The notes: generated by a model from the sequence alone, not told the origin. Shown: positions 28,758 to 39,240, counted from the stretch's first letter. The stretch is 64,000 nt of DNA from an uncultured Heliobacteriaceae bacterium (GCA_964631865.1 CAZWAK010000004.1:31278-95277); one strand, 5' to 3'. Numbers and translations: made by a program.

Positions 28758-30020
28758 GTGTACAAAAGATTCGTTACTTTCAATTTGCTGCTCTTCCTTT
28801 TCCTCCTCGGCGTTCAGGCACAGGAAAATCCGGCTCCGGTTGCGCCCGAAAAAATGCCAATGACCATTCCCGTCGGCTCAGACGATAAGGCGAAAGAGGA
28901 AAAGGCCAATAAAGACGTGGGCACAACCGTCACGGCAGGACAGCCCGTCAGCAGCGATCCGACCAGCGCCCCTACGCTGGTTTCCGCGCCGACCAGCTTC
29001 GCCAGGCAGATCAATTGGACGATCATCGCGGACGGGTATTACACCTACAATTTCAATCGTCCGGACGACAACTTCAACGCCGGATTTTATATGGAACCGC
29101 GCCATAATCGTCCGACGCTCAATATGGTGAAGTTGAATCTGGAAAAAGCCTCCACGTTGGACAGTCCGTTCGGCTTCCGCGTGGATTTGGTCGGCGGCCC
29201 CTCGAATCAGCTTTTGCTGGGCACCAAAGACCGTGCGCGCGGCTTGGAGGCGACGCGCGTGTTGTGGCAAGGCTATGTCAGCTACACGGCTCCGGTGGGC
29301 AACGGCTTGACCGTTGATTTCGGCAAATATGCCACGCCCATCGGCGCAGAAGTCGTGGATACGAAAGACAACTTCAACTATTCGCATTCGTACTTGTTTG
29401 CCTATGGGCCGTTCTATCACACCGGATTGCGCGCCAAATATGCCTTCACCGACAAAGTTTCGGTCACGGGGTATCTGGTCAATGCGTGGGATTCGATAGG
29501 CGATACGAACAGCGGCAAGACCATTGGCTTTACGGTCAGCGTCGCGCCGCACAAAAAATTCAGCTTGTCGCAAACCTATCTGGCCGGCCCGGAAAATCCG
29601 CGCGACAACGGCAACTGGCGGCATTTGTTCAATACGATTGCGACCTTTGCGGCGAATGACAAATGGACGTTGATGGGCGATTTTGTCTATGGCAATGATC
29701 GCGTCACGCTCGCGCCTCAACGTGGCCATTGGACGGGCTTTGCGGGCTATGTGAAACACACGTTCAATGAACGCTTCGCATTGGCCGGGCGTTATGATGT
29801 CTTCCGCGACGAAAACGCTTTGTTTACGGGCTTAGGACAAACGTTGCACGGCTTCACTGCGACGCAGGAAGTGAAGCTGATGAACAATCTGATTTCCAAA
29901 TTGGAATTCCGGCGCGGCGTGTCGAATCAGAATTTCTTCACGGCGTCCAACAACCGCTTGTCGAAAAATCAAAACGTCGCGCTGGTCGGCCTGACGTGGT
30001 TCTTCACGAATAAAAAATAA
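28758..30020 (+). CDS. outer membrane beta-barrel porin (BBP2/OmpL-like)
   Basis: GTG start with AAGGAG; signal peptide; DGYYTYNFN, DFGKYATPIGAE, NYSHSYLF, PFYHTG, KLEFR. Confidence 0.85.
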   Translation: MYKRFVTFNLLLFLFLLGVQAQENPAPVAPEKMPMTIPVGSDDKAKEEKANKDVGTTVTAGQPVSSDPTSAPTLVSAPTSFARQINWTIIADGYYTYNFNRPDDNFNAGFYMEPRHNRPTLNMVKLNLEKASTLDSPFGFRVDLVGGPSNQLLLGTKDRARGLEATRVLWQGYVSYTAPVGNGLTVDFGKYATPIGAEVVDTKDNFNYSHSYLFAYGPFYHTGLRAKYAFTDKVSVTGYLVNAWDSIGDTNSGKTIGFTVSVAPHKKFSLSQTYLAGPENPRDNGNWRHLFNTIATFAANDKWTLMGDFVYGNDRVTLAPQRGHWTGFAGYVKHTFNERFALAGRYDVFRDENALFTGLGQTLHGFTATQEVKLMNNLISKLEFRRGVSNQNFFTASNNRLSKNQNVALVGLTWFFTNKK

Positions 30021-30115
30021 TGCGAAAACGTTTGCGCAAGCAGACGCGAGCACGAGCAGGATACCCAGGTGTCCTGCTCGTTTTTTTTGCGCAGCAGACG
30101 TTTGAGCTTGCCCGC

Positions 30116-30889
30116 TCAGCGCCGGGCTGGATGGGTCTGGCGGGCGACGCGCTTTTCTTCCCAGCGCAAATAAAATCGCCTGGTTTGGTCGCTGTCCGTG
30201 CGCGTAAAGATGAGTTGCGCCATCAGGGTGCGGCCTGCCCCGAACGCTTCTCCCTGCACGCGCGGGTTGTAGCCTTGTCGCTCCGGCAACGCGAGTTCGC
30301 GGCGCATTTGATTGATGACCGCATCGCACGCGCCGAGTTCTGTGCTCGCGCCGCCGACATCGTGCAAGCCCAGCACGCCGTGCGACAATTCGTGCAACAC
30401 CGCAAAGCCAACGTCGAAGGCCGCGCGCACTTCGTGATCGCCGCGCAACTCCACAAAGTCCGCAAAGTCCAGTTGCAACTGCTGCACTTCCAAACGGGTG
30501 TTCGTTTGATGGCGATAGTGGACGGTTCCGACCGTGATGCAGGCGAAGGCAAGCGCAGCAGCGTGGTTGTGCGCTTCCAACTCAAAGGCTTTGGCCCCGT
30601 CCACCGTTGCCGCGAGCAATTCCCGCGCGGTGGCCGAACCGCCCGCCAGGCGTGTGCGGTCGCCCAGCACGAGAAAGCCCGCGTCATCGAATTGCAATTC
30701 GCGCCAACCCGTTTTCTGGCGCAGGCTCTCGGCGAGCAAGCGCAGTTGCGCTTCGTTCAGACGCTGTTTGCCGGGGCTGTTGCGCAAGCCCGGACGGAAG
30801 CGCCAGGGATCGTGGCTGGATGATGTGGCGGAACAGACGAGCGAAGAAAAGATGCTGAGGAGCGCGAGCGTCAAAATGGCTTTGGTCAT
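30116..30889 (-). CDS. secreted hypothetical protein with HExxH motif
   Basis: signal peptide; VLHELSHGVLGLHD. Confidence 0.7.
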   Translation of the reverse strand: MTKAILTLALLSIFSSLVCSATSSSHDPWRFRPGLRNSPGKQRLNEAQLRLLAESLRQKTGWRELQFDDAGFLVLGDRTRLAGGSATARELLAATVDGAKAFELEAHNHAAALAFACITVGTVHYRHQTNTRLEVQQLQLDFADFVELRGDHEVRAAFDVGFAVLHELSHGVLGLHDVGGASTELGACDAVINQMRRELALPERQGYNPRVQGEAFGAGRTLMAQLIFTRTDSDQTRRFYLRWEEKRVARQTHPARR

Positions 30890-31123
30890 ACAAACCCCCA
30901 GGAAAAGCTTTTGCAATCAAGCGTTCTTCGCAGGCGCAACGGAGCGTTCGATCCGTTGCCCTACACTTTCTAAGGCGGCACTGGTGCGCAAAATCCGACA
31001 TGCCGCCGCAAGTTTTTTTTGTCTCGCCTGGCTCGCACAGGGGATGTCGCAAAGAAGGTGCTATAATGCGCGCCGCTTTTTCCTGATCGCATTTATCTCC
31101 ACGTAGGCAGAAGGTTCTGAAAC

Positions 31124-31891
31124 ATGCAAAACCGCTTCTTCCTTTTTCTCCTCGTCGTGATGACAATGGCTGCTGAGGCCAAGCCGAAGGACTATGTTTG
31201 TTATCGCACGGCCAATCGGATCACGGTGGACGGCAAGCTGAATGAATGGCGCAAGGTTCCGGCCACCGATGTCTTCGTGGACATCGAAGGCGATGCCAAG
31301 CCGCGCCCGCGCTTCACGACGCGCGCGAAGATGCTCTGGGACGAGCAATACTTTTACATCGCCGCTGAACTGGAAGAGCCGCACGTCTGGGGCACGTTGA
31401 CGAAACGCGATTCGGTGATTTTTCACGACAATGATTTTGAAGTCTTCCTTGATCCGAACGGCGACCGCAACGAGTATTACGAATTCGAGATCAATGCTTT
31501 GAATACCGGCTGGGATTTGTTTTTGCCCAAGCCCTACCGCGACAGCGGCAAAGCCAACAACGCCTGGGACATCACGGGGCTGAAAACCGCCGTGTACATC
31601 AACGGCACGCTGAACGATCCGCGTGATACGGACATTGGCTGGACGGTCGAAATCGCCATGCCCTGGAAAGCTCTTGCGGAGTATGCGCACAAAGCCGCGC
31701 CGCCGAATGACGGTGACGAATGGCGCGTCAATTTTTCGCGCGTCGAATGGCAACACGAAATCGTGGGCGGCAAATATCGCAAAGTCGCCCACACGAAAGA
31801 AGACAACTGGGTTTGGTCGCCACAAGGCGTCATAGATATGCACCGCCCGGAAATGTGGGGCGTCGTGCGCTTCACCACCCGGAAACGATGA
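31124..31891 (+). CDS. carbohydrate-binding family 9-like (DOMON-like) protein
   Basis: ITVDGKLNEW, AKMLWD..YFYI, DFEVFLDP, WTVEIAMPW, WRVNFSR. Confidence 0.85.
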   Translation: MQNRFFLFLLVVMTMAAEAKPKDYVCYRTANRITVDGKLNEWRKVPATDVFVDIEGDAKPRPRFTTRAKMLWDEQYFYIAAELEEPHVWGTLTKRDSVIFHDNDFEVFLDPNGDRNEYYEFEINALNTGWDLFLPKPYRDSGKANNAWDITGLKTAVYINGTLNDPRDTDIGWTVEIAMPWKALAEYAHKAAPPNDGDEWRVNFSRVEWQHEIVGGKYRKVAHTKEDNWVWSPQGVIDMHRPEMWGVVRFTTRKR

Positions 31892-31899
31892 AATAAGGC

Positions 31900-31926
31900 G
31901 TAACGCGATTTGCCAAATCGCACTAC
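31900..31926. repeat. REP-like hairpin
   Basis: GTAACGCGATTTGCCAAATCGCACTAC. Confidence 0.85.
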
Positions 31927-31947
31927 TTTTTCTAAGGAGACAATCAC

Positions 31948-32892
31948 GTGCGAGTTCTTACTGCTCTTCTTTTTTGTCTGATGACCAGCGTTTGCTTGCG
32001 AGCACAAAGCTGGACGCCGCCGACCGATGCCGAGCGTTGCCCGTGCAAATGGGGCGCGCAGGATCAACGCGGCTCGGCCAATCACATGAAACCCGAAACT
32101 GTGCTGCGCGCGACCAAACTCATTCGCACGGGCAAAGTCATCGAACTCGGCCAGGTGCTGAGTCCGACGATGCCGTTCTTTGGCACACGCCGCTTTGAAG
32201 TGCATACCAAACGCACATTCATGAACCCGCAGTCGAATCGGCGCGGCAGCAATGAAGAATACGTCACGGGCGAGATCGGACAAGTCGGTACGCAATTCGA
32301 TGGCTTCGCGCATCAGACCATCGGCGACAGTTTGTACAATTGCTTCAAGCTCGACGAGATCGCCACGCGCAATGGCTTTGAAAAACTCGGCATCCAAAAC
32401 GTCGGAGCCTTGTTCACACGCGGCGTGTTGCTTGACATTGCCGGATTGAAAGGCGTCGAGATGTTGTCGGACGCTTACGAAATCACGGTGCAGGACATCG
32501 AACAAGCCTTAGCCAAACAGAAGCTGACGCTTCAACCCGGCGATGCTGTGATCCTGCACACGGGTTGGGGCAAGTTGTGGAATAAAGACAACGCGCGTTA
32601 TGCCAAAGGCCATCCCGGCATCGGCATCGCGGCGGCCAATTGGATTGCCAAACAAGACCCGATGTTGGTCGGCGCAGACAACGGCGGCGTCGAAGTGAAT
32701 CCGAACCCTGATGCGAAACTCTCGTTGCCTGTGCATCAAATCATGCTCGTCGTGAACGGTATTCATTTGCTCGAAAATTTGAAGCTCGATGAACTCGCCG
32801 CCAACCGCATTCACGAATTCGCCTTCATCGTACAGCCCTTGAAAATACAGGGCGGCACGGGTTCGACGGTCGCGCCGATAGCTGTATATTGA
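31948..32892 (+). CDS. cyclase family (kynurenine formamidase-like) protein, secreted
   Basis: GTQFDGFAH, RGVLLD, GDAVILHTGW, VGADN, LENL, PLKIQGGTGS. Confidence 0.88.
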   Translation: MRVLTALLFCLMTSVCLRAQSWTPPTDAERCPCKWGAQDQRGSANHMKPETVLRATKLIRTGKVIELGQVLSPTMPFFGTRRFEVHTKRTFMNPQSNRRGSNEEYVTGEIGQVGTQFDGFAHQTIGDSLYNCFKLDEIATRNGFEKLGIQNVGALFTRGVLLDIAGLKGVEMLSDAYEITVQDIEQALAKQKLTLQPGDAVILHTGWGKLWNKDNARYAKGHPGIGIAAANWIAKQDPMLVGADNGGVEVNPNPDAKLSLPVHQIMLVVNGIHLLENLKLDELAANRIHEFAFIVQPLKIQGGTGSTVAPIAVY

Positions 32893-32910
32893 GCGCTCCC
32901 AATCAGTCCT

Positions 32911-34497
32911 TTATGACGCCGTGATTTTGGATGCGATCATCTCTGCCGCGCGGTACGCGATCATCGCCACGACGGCGTTCGGATGCCCGCGCGGAACCGC
33001 AGGCATCACGGAAGCGTCAGCGACCCACAAGCCGTCCACGCCACGCACGCGCAATTGCGAATCCACGACAGAACGCGGATCGCTTCCCATCCGGCAAGTG
33101 CTTGTCGGGTGATAGACAGTTTGAATTTCGGACGTAAGCTTGGCGAGCAATTCGGCATCGTCGTTGATGTTTGCGCCGGGAAAGATTTCCTGCTCGACCA
33201 AATCGGCGAGCGGCGCAAGCGTGGCAATCTTGCGAGCCAAGCGCGCTCCGGCGAGCGTGGCTGCCGCGTCTTTGCCTTCCGCATCGGTCAGCAAGCCGAA
33301 ATCAATGCGCGGCGCGTCCAGCGGATTCGCGCTGCGCAACCGCAGGCTGCCCCGCGAGCGCGGCGCAACGACTGCGACGCCGAAGCTGACGGCATCCACT
33401 TGCGGCGGTTCCAACCCCTGGTTGTACCATTGGAACGGAGCCAGAATCAGTTCGATGTCCGGCGCAGTGCCCGGCGTACCGTTTGACCGCGTGAAGGCAA
33501 AGGCTTCGACCGCATTGGACGCGAGCATCCCGCGTTTGAAGAGCAAATAGCGCAACAGGCTGAGCGGCGATTCCGCTTTTTTGAGAGTGTCGGTTCCGCG
33601 CGTCGAAAAGATCACAGGAACCATCGGATGATCTTGCAAGTTCTCGCCGACTTCGGGCGCATCGTAATAGACCGGAAGGCCCAGCTCGCGCAGTCTTCGC
33701 GCTGGCCCGATGCCGGAGAGCATCAATGTTTGCGGCGAACCGAACGCGCCTGCTGCCAGAATCACTCCGCGCGCCGAGAAGGTTTTTTCTACGCCGTTTT
33801 GACGCACCGTCACACCCGTTGCGCGACCATTCGCCATCTCCACGCGCAGCACCTGCGCTTCACGCACGACTTCCAGGTTCGCACGTTGCAGCGAGGGTTT
33901 CAGGTACGCATCGAACGCGCTGAATCGTTGTCCATCTTTGTGCGCCAACTCCGTCAGCCACGCGCCTGCAAACGCATCGCCGTTGTAATGCGGCTGATCG
34001 CCCAAGCCCGCCGCGCGTGCCGCTGCGACAAACGCCTTCGATAACTGGTGCGCGTTGTGGTTGGGCGAAATCATCATCGGGCCGCTACGTCCGCGCGTGC
34101 CATTCCCTTCTTCGCCAAGCCAGCATTCCTGCGCGCGAAAAACCGGCGCGACATCTTCCCAGCCCCAGCCCGTCGCGCCCGCCGTGACCCATTCGTCGTA
34201 ATCCGCCGGATGACACCACTGATGAATTTGCGCGTTCATATTCGACGAACCGCCGAGCATCTTGCCGCGCGGCGTAAAGATGCGTCGTCCGTTCGCGGCG
34301 GTCTGCGGTTCGCTTTCAAAATTCCAGTCCAGTTTGCTCTTGAAGAGCTTGGCAAAGCCCGCCGGGATTTTGACGAACGGGCTGGACGGTTTGCCGCCCG
34401 CTTCGACCAGCCGCACGCGGAATTTGCCGGAGCTGGTCAATCGTTCGGCCAGCACACAGCCCGCCGTGCCAGCGCCTACAATGATTAAGTCGGTCAT
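32911..34497 (-). CDS. GMC family oxidoreductase (choline dehydrogenase-like)
   Basis: IVGAGTAGCVLA, RGKMLGGSSNMN, SPQTLMLSGIG, GENLQDH, YHPTSTCRMG, DASVMP. Confidence 0.93.
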   Translation of the reverse strand: MTDLIIVGAGTAGCVLAERLTSSGKFRVRLVEAGGKPSSPFVKIPAGFAKLFKSKLDWNFESEPQTAANGRRIFTPRGKMLGGSSNMNAQIHQWCHPADYDEWVTAGATGWGWEDVAPVFRAQECWLGEEGNGTRGRSGPMMISPNHNAHQLSKAFVAAARAAGLGDQPHYNGDAFAGAWLTELAHKDGQRFSAFDAYLKPSLQRANLEVVREAQVLRVEMANGRATGVTVRQNGVEKTFSARGVILAAGAFGSPQTLMLSGIGPARRLRELGLPVYYDAPEVGENLQDHPMVPVIFSTRGTDTLKKAESPLSLLRYLLFKRGMLASNAVEAFAFTRSNGTPGTAPDIELILAPFQWYNQGLEPPQVDAVSFGVAVVAPRSRGSLRLRSANPLDAPRIDFGLLTDAEGKDAAATLAGARLARKIATLAPLADLVEQEIFPGANINDDAELLAKLTSEIQTVYHPTSTCRMGSDPRSVVDSQLRVRGVDGLWVADASVMPAVPRGHPNAVVAMIAYRAAEMIASKITAS

Positions 34498-34680
34498 AGT
34501 TTCTCCTGATTTTAGAAGTCGTCAACCAGAGGCGAGTCGCGCAGAGTAACGACTTCCTTCGCTACGATTACGCCTACACGATACGCCCCTTCCGTGTCCA
34601 GCGTCTTGAGGTCGTTCTGAGATTTTCTTGAAGTTTTTTTGAAGTCGCGGTAGGCAAGTGCGCAAGCGTTTTTTTCCAGC

Positions 34681-34806
34681 GTGCCGATAGCTTTTTCGCC
34701 AGCCATGATTGCCACAAGCGACAGAACCGTTTACCTTTCTGGACCGATGGCTTGGGATGCAAACCCACAAATCGTCGGCGACAACGGCTTGGGCGCACAA
34801 TTGCGA
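34681..34806 (+). pseudogene. RidA/YjgF family N-terminal remnant, in frame with the SDR
   Basis: AFSPAMIATSDRTVYLSGPMAWDANPQIVGDNGLGAQ resembles the Rid-family FSQAV..RTVYLSGQ..WD...IVG..DL.AQ segment. Confidence 0.5.
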
Positions 34807-34860
34807 TCCCCGGGCTTAACGAAAGCAAAATCACCAATGGAAGGAAAGGCCTCTTCTCCC

Positions 34861-35634
34861 ATGAGACTGAAAGACAAAGTGGCTCTCATCACCGGAGCCA
34901 GCGGCGGCATTGGCCGCGAAACCGCGTTGTTATTTGCCCGCGAAGGCGCAAGCATCGTCTGCGTAGACGTCAACGACAAAGAAGGCAAAAAGACCGTCAA
35001 GCTGATTCAGGACGCGGGCGGTGCGGCAGCCTACAAACACGCCGATGTGTCGAGCGCAAATGACTGCGCCGCGATGGTGCGCTTCGCTGAAAAGAAATTC
35101 GGGCAACTCCACATCCTCTTCAACAACGCCGGCATCATGCATCACAGCGATGACAACGCCGTTACGACCGAAGAGGCCATTTGGGATTTGACCATGAACA
35201 TCAATGCAAAAGGCGTGTTTTTGGGCTGTAAATTCGGCATTCCCGCGCTGCGTCGCGCAGGCGGCGGCTCCGTCATCAACACCGCTTCGTTCGTCGCCGT
35301 ACTCGGAGCCGCCACGCCGCAAATCGCTTACACCGCGAGCAAAGGCGCAGTGCTTTCGATGACGCGCGAACTTGCCGTCATTCACGCGCGCGAAAACATT
35401 CGCGTCAACGCGCTCTGTCCGGGGCCGCTGCGCACCGAATTGCTGATGAGTTATCTGAACACGGAAGAGAAAAAGCAACGTCGTCTGGTTCACATTCCGA
35501 TGGGACGGTTTGGGGAAGCGAAAGAAATCGCGTATGCCGCGTTGTATCTGGCTTCGGATGAATCGTCGTATGTGACCGGCACAGAGTTTTTGGTGGACGG
35601 CGGCATCACTGCGGCGTATGTGACGCCGGAGTAA
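34861..35634 (+). CDS. short-chain dehydrogenase/reductase
   Basis: ITGASGGIG, NNAGI, YTASK, VNALCPG, VDGG. Confidence 0.93.
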   Translation: MRLKDKVALITGASGGIGRETALLFAREGASIVCVDVNDKEGKKTVKLIQDAGGAAAYKHADVSSANDCAAMVRFAEKKFGQLHILFNNAGIMHHSDDNAVTTEEAIWDLTMNINAKGVFLGCKFGIPALRRAGGGSVINTASFVAVLGAATPQIAYTASKGAVLSMTRELAVIHARENIRVNALCPGPLRTELLMSYLNTEEKKQRRLVHIPMGRFGEAKEIAYAALYLASDESSYVTGTEFLVDGGITAAYVTPE

Positions 35635-35697
35635 TCGGTTGTTTCCGCCTCTGCAACTGACTATCTTCAAACAACCAAAATTTGTTGAGGTGAAAGG

Positions 35698-35946
35698 ATG
35701 AGCGTACAAATTGAAATTCCAGGGGAAACTGCGAAGCTCCTCCAATCCAATGCCACTATCCGCAACGTTGATCTGGATGCTGACTTGCGTGCGTTGGTTG
35801 AGACGGAGGCACGACTCGCAACAAGTGATTCGCTGGCCTTAGCCGAATTTGATCGTGATATGGAGGCGCTTACTTTACCGACAGAATCGCTCCCGATTTT
35901 GCCCCTAGACTTTTCTCGCCGCGATCTTTGCGACGAGCAGGACTAA
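35698..35946 (+). CDS. putative antitoxin (hypothetical)
   Basis: 82-aa acidic ORF coupled (TAATG) to a PIN-like ORF. Confidence 0.6.
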   Translation: MSVQIEIPGETAKLLQSNATIRNVDLDADLRALVETEARLATSDSLALAEFDRDMEALTLPTESLPILPLDFSRRDLCDEQD

Positions 35947-36134
35947 TGCGCTATCTGGTTGATACCAACATTCTCTTGCGGTTTCTCAATCGCACTGACC
36001 CGCATTCCACTGCGGCGCGAGCTGCCGTGCGCATTCTCAAAGCACGCGGAGACGAGACTTTTGGGGCCTTGAGACGGGCGTGCGATTGGATTCAACGCAA
36101 AACGAATAAACGGCGATATGCAAACCGCCTGTAG
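35946..36134 (+). pseudogene. truncated PIN/VapC toxin
   Basis: MRYLVDTNILLR..H...RAAV..L start; similarity lost after about 38 codons; far shorter than a PIN domain. Confidence 0.7.
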
Positions 36135-36185
36135 CCAGTTCACCCCAGCAGAAATCTCTGCCGGGGTGAACCGTTAGCCGATCTC

Positions 36186-36527
36186 TTACCGCACGGCTTC
36201 GAGGAAACGATAATCGTACCTCCAAGCTTCATCCGGCTCGTTACTGAGCACCGCAATACGACCAGTGGTGAGAAAGGCCAGCTTGAAGATTTCCCATTCC
36301 CCCTCGGAAATGCCCCCCTGCTGTGAGGTCACGCCTCCCTCTTCCCAGATGATAACCACTTCCCGCCCGCCCCCAAGCTCGAAATTTCCCAGGCGAGTGA
36401 CCCGGCCATAGTGCCAGTTATATTCACTCCCGGCCTGCTTTGCCTGCGCGGCTTCCACTGCCTCTGAGCTGACCTCGCGGAGCTGTGATGAGTCCTTGGC
36501 TCCCTTTTTGGTTTTCTTACTCGCCAT
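36186..36527 (-). CDS. hypothetical protein
   Basis: GGAGG RBS before MASKK; 113 aa. Confidence 0.65.
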   Translation of the reverse strand: MASKKTKKGAKDSSQLREVSSEAVEAAQAKQAGSEYNWHYGRVTRLGNFELGGGREVVIIWEEGGVTSQQGGISEGEWEIFKLAFLTTGRIAVLSNEPDEAWRYDYRFLEAVR

Positions 36528-36855
36528 TCGTTTGTCCTCCATAAATTTGTTGAGAGTGCCCGTTTGGGCGGCGGGATTGTAGCTGGCGAGTTGATCTTTG
36601 GCAAGGTACTAAGAGTAGCAGAAGGCTTTATCGGGGGGTACGAAATGAAAGTTGGTAGAATCAGGGGGGGCGAATGGCAGATGATCCATCTCCGCCGACG
36701 ATGCGCAGACAAGATACGACGCCACATTGAAAAGCAGAATCCCCACCTTACACCCCCAGCAACCCGAAGTGAATGACCGTACACCACAAGAGCGCACTGC
36801 GAACCAATTCGATAGTCATACATAACCTCCCACTGGCTTCTACGCAGCAAGCAAT

Positions 36856-37836
36856 TCATTTGTTCGTTGCCATCTTCGCCCGCTCCTCTTTGATCAAGCC
36901 TTCGAGCGAGGCTTTGCCGTCCGGTTTCAGCAGCAGGCATTGTTGGAAGTCGCGCTCGGCGGCGGCTTCCTCGCCTTGTCGCATTCGCGCCAGCCCGCGA
37001 TGGCAATACGCATCGGCGAAGCGCGCATCCAGCGCCAGGAGTTGATCGTAGTCGGCGATGGCTTTGGCCCACTCGCCCCGTTCGCGCCAAATCAGCGCAC
37101 GATTGAAGTAGGTCGTAGTCAATGATGGTTTCAAGGCAATGGCTCGTTGATAGTCGGCTAAGGCCCCGTCTGCCTCGCCATTGGCGTACCGCGCTACGCC
37201 GCGATCACAATAGGCAACCGCCGCATCAGGAGCCAGCTTGATTTCACGAGTGTAATCACTGATGGCACCCGCCAGATCGCGCTGGCGCAAGCGCGTCATG
37301 CCACGACTGCCCCAGATTTTGGCAATGTGTGGATTAAGTTTGAGCGCCTGATCCAAGTCAGCCAGCGCGCCCGCCAGGTCGCCTTTGTCGCACCGCGCCT
37401 GACCACGATTGGCCCAGGCTTCGGCCAGACGCGGATTGAGTTCGATGGCTTTGTCGCCGTCACTGATGGCCCCCTCCAGATCGCCCAACAAATATCGCAC
37501 CGCGCCGCGATTCATATACGCCTCAATAATTCGCGGATTGAGTTGGAGGGCACGGTCAAAATCGGCCAGCGCCTCAGCCGACTTGCCCAATTGGTGGCGC
37601 GTCGTAGCGCGATTGTAATACGCCTCGGCACAGCCGGGATCGCTGGCGATGGCGAGGTCGAAATCGGCTTCGGCGCGTGCATAGTCGCTTTTGGCAAACC
37701 ATTGGTTGCCGCGCTCGATGTAAGAAGCCGCCGTCGCCGCGCGAAAGTTTTGGGCTTGTGCCGTCACTGTAGCTGCCGCGAGCCAGCCGATGGACTGGCA
37801 GAGAATAAAAGCGAGCAGGCTGAGTCTGCGTTTCAT
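36856..37836 (-). CDS. secreted tetratricopeptide repeat protein
   Basis: signal peptide; repeated AY.NRG..A..D..A..LNP units. Confidence 0.92.
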   Translation of the reverse strand: MKRRLSLLAFILCQSIGWLAAATVTAQAQNFRAATAASYIERGNQWFAKSDYARAEADFDLAIASDPGCAEAYYNRATTRHQLGKSAEALADFDRALQLNPRIIEAYMNRGAVRYLLGDLEGAISDGDKAIELNPRLAEAWANRGQARCDKGDLAGALADLDQALKLNPHIAKIWGSRGMTRLRQRDLAGAISDYTREIKLAPDAAVAYCDRGVARYANGEADGALADYQRAIALKPSLTTTYFNRALIWRERGEWAKAIADYDQLLALDARFADAYCHRGLARMRQGEEAAAERDFQQCLLLKPDGKASLEGLIKEERAKMATNK

Positions 37837-37955
37837 GGTTTTCCTCCTGGAATAATGGTTCCGTGTGTGCTTCCTCTGAAGGCTGATGGAGGGAGCAACG
37901 CACGATTGCGACAGTCAATAGGCGCTGGCTCACACCAAATTATGCCGCTCGATAT

Positions 37956-38410
37956 TCAGCGCGCGATGAGCGTGTTCTGATCCTGCATGATCCGCCATTT
38001 GCCGCTCCGCTTTAGCACCACAAACGTCCTGAGATGGCGCTCATTCTCGTGCCTCACTTTGTCGGGCGTAATGTAGGTGGTCATCTGGCTGGTCACGGTC
38101 ACCACTGCCACCTCCGGCGTGGCAAAGCGAACGTCCATCTCTTCCATCGTGTCCGTGACGCCTTTGAGAAACGTGCTATGGACTTCCTTCAGTTCCTTGA
38201 GCACCGCCTCGCGTCCGCGTGTTCGACCGCCAAATGGGTTGAGGTGATTCCAGTCTTCGGTGGTGAACTCCGGCACGCGCCCGAAGTCGTGGGAGTTGAA
38301 GGCATCATAGAAGGACTGCACCGCTTTGCGTACCGGAACTTCCTGCGTAGTCGGTTGTGCGGGCAGCCCCATGACAATCATTAGACCGACAGCAATTAGA
38401 ACCCGTCTCA
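37956..38410 (-). CDS. NTF2-like (DUF4440 / SgcJ-EcaC type) secreted protein
   Basis: YDAFNSHD..FTTED, DVRFATPEVAVV, GKWRI; AAGGA RBS. Confidence 0.8.
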
Positions 38411-38456
38411 TGTTTGTGTCCTTTCTTGCTTGATTGAGCGCGAAACCCGCCACTCA

Positions 38457-39077
38457 CTACCGCGGCGGCGTGATGTTCTGGCATTGCTGCGCGAGCGGTT
38501 CAATCTTGATGCGTTCGGCCTTGATTGTGGCGCACCGAATGATGTCCGCGATGTTTCCGGCGGGGTCGCGAAATTCACGGCTCCCCACACCGACAAATCC
38601 ATCCTTTCCTGTCAGCCTGAGTCTCGTATTGATTTTGCCCGTGCCCAGAAAATTCCCCTGTGCATCAAATTCGTCCCGAATGGCAGTGAGGGCAAATTCA
38701 TTGCCGCCCAGGTGTTCCCACACGCCGTGTTGTTCGCCGTAAAAGGGGCCGCTGGGCCCGGTGCGGATGTAGACACTGATTCCACCACCACGAGCAATGG
38801 TGATGTAAGCGCGTTGGGACGGAGGCTGCGGCACACCGGGCGGAACCACCGGCGTGACAGTGTACGCCCACGCACCTTCCAGCCGCTGGGCCTGTAACTC
38901 TCGCAAGCTTCCGCGCGAGGCTAGGGATTCAGACTGCGCCTCAGTTTGTCCGGTTAACTGGTCATTGGCTTCCTGGCTTGATTGTGCGCGCAGTAAGGCT
39001 GTCGAGATGGCTAACACTGCGGCCAGCGTCAAGGCGAACAAAATATTTTTTGCGGTCAAGAACTGTGACTCTTTCAT
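38457..39077 (-). CDS. secreted hypothetical protein
   Basis: signal peptide; LEGAW, HGVW beta-rich pattern; AGGAG RBS. Confidence 0.75.
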   Translation of the reverse strand: MKESQFLTAKNILFALTLAAVLAISTALLRAQSSQEANDQLTGQTEAQSESLASRGSLRELQAQRLEGAWAYTVTPVVPPGVPQPPSQRAYITIARGGGISVYIRTGPSGPFYGEQHGVWEHLGGNEFALTAIRDEFDAQGNFLGTGKINTRLRLTGKDGFVGVGSREFRDPAGNIADIIRCATIKAERIKIEPLAQQCQNITPPR

Positions 39078-39240
39078 GGGTTCTCCTATTGGTTTTGCTC
39101 AGGCGAAGGACTACACTGATCGCCTGTCAGCTTCGTTTGAATGCTAAGGCGCTGCTTGCGCTGAGAATGTTGAGCAGCTTTTGCTCTCACTTATACAAAC
39201 GAGAAGCCGCCGCGAAAGCGGAAAGCCTGGCGAAAAAAAT

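Noticed and set aside
32270-32315. Cyclase metal motif reads QVGTQFDGFAH instead of HxGTHxDxxxH
   Set aside because: Gln-substituted variants are, to my knowledge, common in secreted members of this family; not treated as novel.
35946-36134. Possible recoding (read-through or frameshift) rescuing the short PIN ORF
   Set aside because: I found no continuation with PIN motifs in the other frames; truncation is simpler.
36540-36850. Short ORFs 36564..36776 (+) and 36609..36797 (-)
   Set aside because: No RBS, motif or family resemblance that I can support.
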